Positions 39,861 through 51,499 of a stretch of 64,000 nucleotides of DNA are shown here, piece by piece. Positions within the stretch are counted from its first letter, which is position 1; each line of letters opens with the position of its first letter. The DNA is from Chiloscyllium plagiosum (taxonomy: Eukaryota). Location: NCBI RefSeq assembly GCF_004010195.1, contig NC_057711.1:69133850-69197849 (forward strand). Direction: 5' to 3'. A model generated the notes under the pieces. That model ran no database searches. It saw only the letters and a list, made by a program, of their open reading frames with translations, and was not told where the DNA came from. A program made the position numbers and the translations under genes.

Positions 39861-41029
39861 TCCCAACTCCATTTTGAATTAGACCCACCCTCTCGCCGTA
39901 CCTACCTCTCTGTTATCTTCACTGGTCTGCAATACCCTTTCTGAGTATTCCCCTTATTGGGCTTTTGGAAAAACTCAAGGCAATTAGGAAAATCAGTATG
40001 TTTTATTTTAATGCATTATAAATAAAAGTGAGCCCATTGATGTATTTACCAGAAGGTATTTGACTCGGTTTAGTTTAGCTTAATTAGAAATATGGGTTAG
40101 TTTAGAGGTGACAGATAATGGATGAAGAGTACCATGAGTGATTTGGTGCTGGGAAAAATCCCATTCAGTTGCACGTGATAACACTTCCGAATATAAAAAA
40201 GGGTAGATGTAGACACGATTTTTCCTGTTGTGGTTGAGTTCTGAACAAGTGGGCACAGCTTTAAAATTAAAGCAGGGATAGATTCTTGTCAGCCAAGGGA
40301 ATCAAAGATTGGGAAGCTAGAATTCAGAGCACAAATCAGCCATTTACATATTAAATGATAGAACTGGTTTGAAGGGCAGACTGACCTTCAAACTATTCCT
40401 AATTTGTATGTACTACCAAGGTGAATGACAGCATATTTCCCCAGATAAAATACTACCTTGTCCACTCGCTTAACTTGTTCATACTTCTTTGCAGCCTCTT
40501 TGTTTCTGCCTCCTAGACCGCAAGAAATAGGAGCAGAAATAGACCATTCGGACCATCGAGTCTGCTCCGCCATTCAATGAGATCATGGATGATCTGATAA
40601 TTCTCAATTTCACTTTCTTGCCTTATCCACACAATCCTTCAGTCCCTTATTGATTAAATATCTGTCTCAACCTTAAATATACTTAATGACCCAGTCATTA
40701 CAGTCCTCTGCAGTAAGGGATTCCACAGAACGTGTACTCTCTGAGTGAAGAAATTCCTCCTCATTTCTGTCTTAAATGGATGGTCTCTTTCTCTGAGATT
40801 AGGCCCCCACCTCCAAGATTCTCCCAGAAGAGGAAACAACCTCTATATGTTGCCCTGACAAGGAAAGAAGGGAATACTCCAAGAGAAACAAAGCAGGGAG
40901 TGAAGGGGTCTGCAGGGGTGCTGCTCACCAGTTGGTTTTCTGTTATAAAAACTGAAGAGAGCACTGGTTCCTCAGGTGAGTGCAGTCCGAACCACACTGT
41001 GGCACTGCAAGCGGCTTGGCTGTACAGGA

Positions 41030-41871
41030 GGGGGTTACAACGGGTTCTTGACCAGATGGGCCAATGGGCTGAGAAGTGGCAGATGGAGTTTAATTCAGAT
41101 AAATGCGAGGTGCTGCATTTTGGGAAAGCAAATCTTAGCAGGACTTATACACTTAATGGGAAGGTCCTAGGGAGTGTTGCTGAATAAAGAGACCTTGGAG
41201 TGCAGGTTCATAGCTCCTTGAACCTGGAGTCGCAGGTAGATAAGATAGTGAAGAAGGTGTTTGGTATGCTTTCCTTTATTGGTCAGAGTATTGAGTACAG
41301 GAGTTGGGAGGTCATGTTGTGGCTGTACAGGACCTTGGTCAGGCCACTGTTGGAATATTGCGTGCGATTCTGGTCTCCTTCCTATCAGAAGGATGTTGCG
41401 AAACTTGAAAGGGTTCAGAAAGGATTTACAAGGATGTTGCCAGGGTTGGAGGATTTGAGCTATAGGGAGAGGCTGAACAGGATGGGGCTCTTTTCCTTGG
41501 AGCGTCAGAGGCTGAGTGGTGACCTTATTAGGTTTATAAAATTATGAGGGGCATGGATAGGATAGGGGTTGGGGAGTCCAGGACTAGAGGGCATAGGTTT
41601 AGGGTAAGAGGGGAAAGATATAAAAGAGACCTAAGGGGCAACTTTTTAACACAGAGGGTGGTACGTGTATGGAATGAGCTGCCAGAGGAAATGGTGGAGG
41701 TGGTACAATTGCAACATTTAAGAGGCATTTGGATGGGTAGATGAATAAGAAGGGTTTGGAGGGATATGGGCCAGGTGCTGGCAGGTGGGACTAGATTGGG
41801 CTGGGATATCTGGTCGGCATGGACGGGTTGGACTGAAGGGTCTGTTTCTATGCTGTACATCTCTATGACTC
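41030..41871 (+). mobile_element. Young CR1 LINE 3' part (HER1-like)
   Basis: LQRVLDQMGQWAEKWQMEFNSDKCEVLHFG...LVRPLLEYCVRFWSP...RVVRVWNELPEE; tail ctctatgactcta. Confidence 0.93.
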
Positions 41872-43650
41872 TAGAAGAGTGGAGGGATGATAATGATAGG
41901 AGTATTCATTAGCTATGGAAACAAACAGCATTTCTGTAGCTGTCAATGTAACTCCAGGATGGTGTTGGTATGTTGGTGCCTGGGTCAAAGATGTCTTAGC
42001 ACCACTGCAGAATACTCCTCTGGGAAAGGATAAATTGCCAGAGGCTGTGGTCCATGTTGGTACCAATGACTTGGGTAGAAAGGGGAATGTGATCCTGCAA
42101 TCAGAATTGAGGGAGCTAGATAGAAATTTAGCAACACAACCTCAAACGTATTAATCGCCAGATTACTGCCAGTGCCACATGCGAGTGAGCACAGAAGTAA
42201 GATAATATGGCAAATGAATGTGTGGCTGGAGCAAAAGTGGAGGGGTTTAGGTTCCTAGGACACTGGGACTGGATCTGGGTAAGATTGCACCTACACAAAC
42301 CAGATGGGTTGTACTTGAACAGAGCTGGGACTGAGTTTCCAGTGAGTCATTGTGCTCATGCTGTGAGAAGAGCTTTATACTAACTTGACAAGGATTCACG
42401 AAATACTTGGAGAGACAACTGGAACCAACATAGAGAATCATAGGACTCCTACAGTGTGGAAACAGGCCAGTCGTTCCATCAAGTGTACACCGCCCTTCTG
42501 AAGAGCATCCCACCCAGACCCACCCCACCCCACCCTACCCCTGTAATCCTGCATTTACCATGGCTAATCCACTGGACCTACACATCATTGGACACAATGG
42601 GCAATTTAGCATGGCCAATCCACCTAACCTGCACATCTTTGGACGGTGGGATATTGATCGTGTCTCTACACAGTTTTGAGGGATTAGTATTCCTGGATTC
42701 ACATTTTGCGTGTGAATGGGTTTCCTACAGCAGTATGTGTCCAGGCTCTTAAGAAAGAATGCACTGTTGGACCTGTTCTTGGAAATGAGGTGGACCGAGC
42801 AGATCAAGTCCAAGTGGGGAAACATTTTGGAGACATTGATTATTCTATGACATGTTTCAGGATGGTGATGGAGGATGGCAAACACCAATCCACTGAAAAA
42901 TCAATTAGTAGAGAGTTGACTTCAGCGGGACAAGAATGGAGATGGGGAGGATTAACTGGAATGAGGGGTTACTGGGAAAAAAAACTAACTGAAGAGTGGG
43001 CAACATTTAGAGGGTATGACTCACATACAGTCACGTGGGAAAGATAGAACAAACAACCCAGAGATCCCTGGATGACAAAAAAAACAACAAAATTAAGTTA
43101 CAAAAGAAAAGGTATGTTTATAACTGGTGTCAGGTCAAAAATAAAATTCATAACTGACAGAAATACAGAAGATACAGAGAGGAGGTGATAAAGCAAATAA
43201 GAGAAGCGCAAAGGGATTATGAGTAAAGACTGGCAGCCATCATAAATGTGTTCTATATTCTTCTGCAAGCTTATACATAATGAATGGTAAAAGGGGGAGT
43301 AAGGCTGATTAGAGACCAGAAAGGGGATTTACACATACAGGCAGTGGGCATGGTTGAGGTTTTAAATGAATATTTTGTATTTGTCTTTACCAAAGAGAGA
43401 AATGCTACAACAGGAAACTCTGCCACTAACAGATTCAAAATTGATTAGGAAGAAGTGTTGGACAAACCGTTGGTAATTTAAAGTTGGCAAGGCACCAGGA
43501 CCAGATGAAATGTGTCCAAGGATTTTGAAGGAAGTGAGAGTGGAGATTGCAGGGGCACTGACCATAATCCTTCAGTCTTCTGTAGGCTTGGAGGGAGGTG
43601 CCAGTTGACTAGAAAACTGAAAATGGTACAGCCTTATTCAAGAAAACTTG
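41872..43650 (+). mobile_element. Older CR1 LINE: ORF1 esterase and ORF2 5' part, interrupted by a SINE
   Basis: PEAVVHVGTNDLGRKG (SGNH esterase of CR1 ORF1); later EVLNEYF and APGPDEMCPRILKEVRVEIAGAL; HE1 SINE piece on the minus strand at about 42430-42650. Confidence 0.8.
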
Positions 43651-44744
43651 TGTTGATAGGCCCAAATTTTACAGACCCATTGTTTTTCCTGTCCTAAACC
43701 CTCCCTGCCTTCTAATGAGTGTAAAACATTCTCTACAGCCCTAGTTGCTCGATTCACCAGGACACTTATTCTAATCCAGGTCAAATGAAATCTATCACCC
43801 CCTTGAACAGCTGTCTTCTATCCCAATACTTATGCCAGTGCCCCATAAGCTGAAATCCACACCAATCTTTGAGTCAAGCATTTATCTCCTTGACATTATT
43901 TACCCAATGTGGTTTATCCAAAGTGTAAGCCTGAGGACCTTAGAGGTACTGTTTGTCTTTTTCAATTTTCTGAACTATTCAAAACCTTTCAGCAGAACAT
44001 CTTTTCCTGTGGTTGGTACCATCATGGACAGTGACAACTGAATCCCTTTCCAAGTTCATCTCCAATCCTGAGGAGATGTTCATAACCTTGGAATTGGTGA
44101 AATGGTCAGTTCACTCATCGCCCCTGCAGTCCCCACTCTCATCCATTCAATTTGCAAGCTCTTGTAACAGTTGGACAATTTCAGAGACTGAGGGTCCTCT
44201 AGATCGATCCCCATACTGGCATCAATGTCAGTTACATGTTTCTGATCATAAACCAAATTTGAATGAACTAGTCTGAGGCATGTGACCACTTTCTGAAGCA
44301 AAGTATCCAGATATCTTTACCCTTTCCCTGATGTGGTACAAGAGCTATAGCTCAGGCTCCAGCTCTTCAAGCCTGAACTAAAGTTCCTCAGACTGTAGTA
44401 CATTCCCACCCAACTTAAGAAAACTTAAATGTGTTATTCTTGTTCTCCTTGTTAATGCAGCACTGATCATTGCAGCATTCCATTAGCTGCAGTCTTGTGC
44501 ATGTAACTGCCCAGTTTGTCCTGACTGTCTACTACCTGCCTGTTAACCAATCTTCTAACCATGCTAATATATTGCCCTCAACTCTATGATGCCTTCTCTT
44601 GCATGCTCTGTGGCATCTTATTGAATGCCATTGGATTCAAAATATTGTACATTTCCTAGTTCCCCTTTGTCTTTCCTAAGAGTTGCATTTTCAAATATCT
44701 AATAATTTTATCAAAAATAATTTTTCTTTTATAAAAACATTACA

Positions 44745-45440
44745 ATTGTGTTGCCAGGGTTGGAGGGTTTGAGCTTTATTTCGGCTGAATGGACAAGGGC
44801 TATTTTCCCTGGAGCATTGGAGGCTGAGGGGTGACCTTATAGAGATTTATAAAATCATGAAGAGCGTGGATAAGGTATATAGACAAATTCTTTTCCCTGG
44901 GCTGGGGGAGTCCAAAACTAGTTGGCATAGCAAGTTTTGAGAAGATTTGTAGGTCAGGTTGAGGTTCTGGATGTAGGTTTGCTGGCTGAACTGGAAGATT
45001 CATTTTCTGACGTTTCGTCACCATGCTAGGTAAGGTCATCAGTGAACCTCAGGGTGAAGCTTCATTCGGAGGCTCACTGAAGATGTTACCTAGTATGGTG
45101 ACAAAATGTCTGAAAATGAACCTTCCAACTCAGCGAGCAAACCTATATTCAGAACTAGTTGGCATAGGTTTAAGGTGAGGGGGGAAAGATATAAAACTTA
45201 CCTAAGGGACAATATTTTCACATGGAGGGTGGTGTATATATGGAATGAGCTGCCAGAGGAAGTGGTGGAAGCTGGTACAATTACATTTAAAAGGCATATG
45301 GATGGGTATATGAATAGGACAGATTTAGACGGATATGGGCCAAATGCTGGCAAATGGGACTAGATTAATTTAGGATATCTGGTTGGCATGGATGAGTTGG
45401 CCCAAAGGATCTGTTTCCATGCTGTATATCTCTATGATTC
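44745..45440 (+). mobile_element. CR1 LINE 3' end, split by a foldback insert
   Basis: RLRGDLIEIYKIMK..., resuming after 45152 with HRFKVRGERYK...VYIWNELPEEVVEAG and the 3' tail. Confidence 0.9.
44931..45152. mobile_element. 222-bp Penelope-derived (family B-like) foldback element with two hammerhead motifs
   Basis: 15-bp TSD AACTAGTTGGCATAG (44916-44930, 45153-45167); inverted arms 44964-45050 and 45069-45155. Confidence 0.85.
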
Positions 45441-46859
45441 TGTCTTGTCTCCACATGACCAATCTATGATTTTGAAGTGTATTGTTTAATATTTTCTCAC
45501 TAATATGTTTCAGTATTTATTGCCCATCCTTGAGAAGAGTGAGCTGCATTCTCGAACCGCTGTAGTCCATTTGGTGAGGGGAGATCCACAATGCTGTTAG
45601 AAAGAGAGTTGCAAGACCTTAACTCAGTGACCCTAAAGGAACAATGATATATTTCCAGGTCAGGATGGGGATTGACTTGGAGAGTAAATTGAAAGTGGTT
45701 CCCTTCCAAGCCACTAATTAGACATCTTCAAATAAGACTTTTGTTTTTGAATCAAGTATGTCATTCTAAAATTTAAGATGGAAATTTAATTGTGTTACGG
45801 TCATGTCATCATTGTACAAACTCACTTTTGTAGGCTGCATTTGACAATTTGGTTTGTATATTTGAAAATTACAGTTATAAAATGACACTGATGTGTTTGT
45901 TTTATTCACACTTGGCTATCCTCATGTAAATTGAACAGCTTTGGTATTCCTCCTGCAAACCAGTAATCGGATGCCAGTATCCAGAATGAGAGTACATTGC
46001 ATCTAGTTTTGCTTTCACTTGGAAGCATGAAGCATGTGCCGTGGTAGACAGATGATAATCTGCACGTATCCTAAAGAGCAACGTTCCACACTCTCATACC
46101 ATTTCTGTCAGTGATTCCCTTCCCGGAATGGAATGGAATGCACGTTTTGTAGTCACTCTAACGTCTTCTAGAAAGTCAAATATGCCATGCTACATTTCAT
46201 AATAATACATTTTTTTGGATTCATCAGTATTTTCCATGATAAGTGTCAACTTTTAATAATATCTCTTACAAGGCAACAAAACTCCATCAGGCAGCCAATG
46301 ACTGTACTTGGAAAACTTTCAAGATAAAATAGCATGTCAGCTTTCACAAAAAAAGCTGACCCAACTTTCTCCACAATGCTTGTACAAAAGGTACATCCTG
46401 GCACCATCTTCTTTCAACTGAAATTATTCAGCTATACAGGTCTTACTGAGGGCAGCAATGTTGATATTATATGGTCACAGTTCCCTTTTCATCAACACAT
46501 TTTTTCTTTCAGGCCTAAATGTTGACTCAACCCATTTTCCAATTAATATAATTTTATTTTTTTTTTATGTTTTGACAATGCGTATGGAATTTGCATCAGC
46601 TATGATCAAGGAACCAGGTGTTTTGAAGCATGCATTAGGGGGCAAGATTTCTTGTCCCTTCCTCATACCACAAAGATACTTTGTGCGATCCCAAATAAAT
46701 TTGTTCAGTCACTTGAGGCTGCTATGTCATTGCTGCTTGGGTCTGGTGGAGTGTGACTCTATGCCAGGTCCATAACTCCCAATTCCCCATGCATGCATAC
46801 TCAGGTTTACCTTGAGAGAATCCTGGACTAGAACTCCCAAACCTCTTTGCATTTCAGAC

Positions 46860-47260
46860 TTATGAATTCATCTTCCGCCTTGGAACCCTTCAACTCCATT
46901 GCATCAATGTGGACTTCACCAGCTTCCTCATTCCCCTCCCCCCCCCACCGTCCGTCCGTCTCCATCACCTTACCCCAGTTCCAACTTCCAGCTCAGGACC
47001 GTCCACATGACCTGTCCCATCTGTCAATGTTCCTTCCGACCTATCACCTTCACCCTACCTCCATCCACCTATTGCACTCTCAGCTACCTTCCAACCTCAG
47101 CCCCACCCCCGAGACTCCCAGCCTCATTCCTGATTAAGGGCGTTTGGCCGAAACATTGACTTTCCTGCTCCGCAGAAGCTGCCCGACTTGCTGTGCTTTC
47201 CAGCACCACTCCAATCTTGACTCTAATCTCCAGCATCTGCAGTACCCACTTTCGCCTGAA
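46860..47260 (+). mobile_element. Penelope family A-related 3' end (diverged)
   Basis: ctcatcttccgcc-like start, C-rich tract and degenerate hammerhead CTGATTA-AGGGC-gttt-GGCC-GAAACATT; collinear with 1-387. Confidence 0.75.
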
Positions 47261-50200
47261 TTCATCACTAGTCCATCATCACAGAACTTTGGAAATGATA
47301 TGAGCTGAAAAAGCCACTGGCACATTATAATGACAATTGCAAAATGTATCAAACACTTCTGACCTCTTTTATCTGGGCTCAAAGACTAAAAACAGTCAAA
47401 ATGGCTGCAGATAAAATTAGCTGCATTGGATGCCCTACAATGCTTGATAAATGCACACACGTGCACATGTAATGATCTTAACAATTAAAAAAGCTTTAGT
47501 GCTTTTCAGTTAGTAAAATAAAGCACATTCATTGATATATGTGGTCCACTACAGTAATTTTTATATAGAAGAAAGTGAGTTAGATCATCCTTGTAACAAA
47601 TTTTGGCTGGGCAAGATTTCAGAATGCCAAATATTAGTAATTTGTGATTAATTCCTTGTACTTGATCTAGTAGGTATTCAGAGGTGAGTGAAACCTAGTT
47701 AAAGTTCTTGTGGTAGACTGTTCAAAAGATGCAAGGGTCATTCATGTCCAATCTTTTGTTTAAAAAAAAAGGCAGTATTTGGTCTTCCATTTGGTGGCAT
47801 AATGTTTGCCCAATGAGAAAACACCCTAGGGGACAATTCCCTCCTTTGTTCTGACACAAACATATTACGAGTGTGGTTTTTAAAGTAAAGCGGCAAAGCA
47901 TCACCCATTGAAAGCCCCTCCCCTCCCACCAACTGGAATCCAGGTATCTCACACCTTTTCACAGGCCCACCTGCAATGCTAATAGTGCCCACTGAGTTCT
48001 GGGGATGTTGGAACAGTTGAGAGCTCGAGTGGGAAGGATGTCCGACGTAGTAATTGGTGCAAGTCCCCTTTGCACTAATATAGACCATCTCCAGCACATC
48101 ATAGCTGCAGGGCAAGTTTGTTGTGAGTCTGTCAGCACACCGCTGACTTTTGTCCAATCGGTTTGGATGGTGGCATGTGAGCTACCTGTATCAAAAATAT
48201 ACAATTGTGACCATGGGCTATTATTTTTGGCAGTGGTGAACAAATCATCGTTACTGAATGCCTACTGTTATCATCACTGTGGAACCTGAGATGAATGGTA
48301 GACCCTAGTTTACAAAGATCTCTAATTCAATCACTTTTCTAATTTTATATGAATATATGTGTACATATAAGGGTGAATTACATTTTTCTAAGTAAAGCCA
48401 AGAAGCAGTATCACTAGTTGAAAACATTTTTATTCAAGTTAAAGTCTCACAATCTGATATAGGCAAATAACTCTGGATTATAAATCTGCAATAACCATTA
48501 CATATCTATCATCTACAAATTATTACAGTAACTATAAGCTTCAAGTATAGATACAATATTTCTAGAGATAAAAATTACCTGCAGCTAAAAATTATGAAAT
48601 TCATCATAAAGCAGATACATATGGTGTTAAGCACCAAAACAGGCTTGTAAACTTAGTGGCATTTCATTTTTTTAACTTATCACTGAGCATATTTCCAGCA
48701 ATAGCATTTTCTTTGCATTTTGTATGAACCAAGTTTTTCTTTGTAACTAAGTTCCAAATTGAAATAGCATCTTTTGTACTAAGATGTTTATTGTCGAAAA
48801 TCTTTGAGAATAAAACCCATTACAATGGAAGTTGTTCTTTTATTCAATTATAGCCCACAGCCTTTACCATTAATCTTGACTGTCATAAAATTATGCATTC
48901 ATGCTAGAGCTTCTTATCATGAAACATTTCCCCAAAGGGCCAATAAATAGAGCTATTTTGTTTTTTTACATATACTTGGTCAGCCCTGCAGAAGCAATGT
49001 TATCTTCCAGAATGATGTTGCACTTCAGTTATTAGCAAGGATCACCAGAATAAGCAACTATGGTATCTTTATCCACTACAGCATGCCAATGTAGGGAAAT
49101 TATATTCTTCCATATTGTGGTGTTTTTTCAAACACTGGCTTTCTGTCCAATCTCTTTGACACCATTGTATCTGGAAAAATACATCTAGACCATATCATTA
49201 AAGGACAGTGTGAAATTGATAACTTGATTATTTTTCAGGTTAAGCAGGTAATTGTGGTACTATTGCTTGCCAACTGTGCATTGTTGATTCTGATGAAATA
49301 GTAATGATGATTGACTGGAATAGACTATTTAACTTGGGCAGACAAAATGATGCTTAGAGTACTGTAAATATTCATATTGCCTTTCCAACTAATAATATTA
49401 AACTGTCAGGAATTAAATTATTTACTGGCTGTGCAGAAATTTCTTTGGCCAGTTGAAAGATTGATCATCTTCTCCATGATTTAAAAGTCTTTGAAAATAT
49501 AGACTTTCATGAAACAGACATAGGCAGGAAGTTAAAATTCACTTTATTATCTGTGAGACTCTGTGGGAAGCCTCAGCTGATTTTTACGGCTGGATCTTAC
49601 TTATATCCTTCCTGTCATCTGCCCACTGATATGCAGCTAAGGTAGGTCAAGCTAAAGTAACTTGGTAATACTTTAGAGGCAGGAGGTAAATCTCAGAAAG
49701 GGGAGCTGAGACAACTCTTGGATCAGATTTAGGCCTCCTAGAAAAAGCTGAGGGAATGGAGTGTATGTCTTTGCACAGCCATTTTAATGGCAGAATGGGG
49801 GTGGAGGTGGAGAGCAGTCGGTTATAATTTATCCTAATGTTTTCCAGAGTGAGAGGTTCTTGCTTTTATAAATAGAGGTTTCATCTTGAAAAGCAAGTCA
49901 ATACGCTGAACCTTTACAAATTACGAGTTAAGCCCTATAGCTGGAGTATAACATGCATTACATCTTGGGAGTGATCCCAAATCCGTGGGGAGAGTGCAGC
50001 AAAGATTTACTAGATAATACAAAGAATGAAAGACTTCAGTTTTATGGAAAGACAACAACAATGATTACTCTCCTTGGAGAATGGTTAATAAAGCTGATAG
50101 AAATTAGGAGTTTTGATAGAGTAAATAAGGAAAAGCACCCATTTCACTGACAGGACAGTAGATAGTCAAAGGACAAAAATTAAAATAATTAGTGGAAAAA

Positions 50201-51499
50201 ATCAGCGGGGAGGCAAAAGTGCTTTTTTAAAAAAAAAAGCAGCTTGTTATAAACTAGAATATATAGCTTGAAACAATAACAGAGGCAGGTTCAAGAGCAG
50301 TTAAGGAAATTCTACATATACTGTACTTGGAAAGGAAAACGTGCAAGATTGTGGGGTAAGAGCAGGAGAGTGGGCTAACTTAATACCATTTTCAAAGAGC
50401 TGGTATACAATGAAAGACCTATGGTCTCCTATGTGACCAAAACAGTAATTAAACTTAAATTGACTTTTGTCCTTCTCGTTTTGAACTCCAGTATTGGTAA
50501 TTCTATACACTTTCTAGCTATAGGCCTTACAGTGCTGATTGTTTCAATTCATAATATGGAATAAATACAGGAAAGAAAACAAACATCACCTACCAGTCAT
50601 GTAAATGCGTTAATTTGGATTACCAATGTCAACGTTTCAGTCATACAAGTTTCAGCTTAGCAACTGTGCAACATTTACACATTACTTAAAAAGGAGGGGT
50701 TACTTAATAATTTAGGTGGCACATGCAAATGAAAGTTTTTAAAATTAGAAAATTGATCATTTTATAAATCACTTTTATCAGCACTAATTAAATTTATACA
50801 TTTTTTGGGTACTCAATTTTTCTATGCCTTTAGCAGAGATCTGCTAGGCTAAAATTAACATATGCAGGATGTATTTCTGCTATACATAAACCAGACAATT
50901 TATGCAACCTATTTTTGCAGAACTTGCATTCAGTCTATTGAGTGATAGTTGCTCAGACTCGTAAATATACACCATTCTTTTGGTGGAAACGTATGAAGAT
51001 GATCGAGATTTTGGCTCTCTGATCGCATGCCAGAGAGATTCCTAATTGTCTATTTCTGGGATTGCGTGTCACCTTGTTCTGCTCAGGCAGCTGACTGGAC
51101 AACAGTGGGTCCTCCTGCTATCAAGAATCATAGGGCTTGCCAAGAGCTGCTGGCAATTCTATTGCGACAGCAGGACCATAATGGAGGTGGCAGCTGCTGC
51201 CAGTGGCATGACACCCACCCAACAAAGTGCTGAACCCTAGATCTGAAATGAATGATGGTGGGAGGAGATTGCCAGTGAGGGGGTTCTGCAGGGGCCCCCA
51301 GCAGCCTACAAGCAACCCTGCACAGTTTTGCTTTTGTTGCTCCCTAATTAAGAGACTCAGCTAGCGGTATGGTGGAAAGGCTGTCCATGGTGGGCCTTGC
51401 TGCCAAACAATTCAACTTGGTGGACTCAGGAAATGGCAGGGACCATATTTATTACCCTTCCACCTCATTAAATGAGTCCCAACCACATACCCCTCCCTT

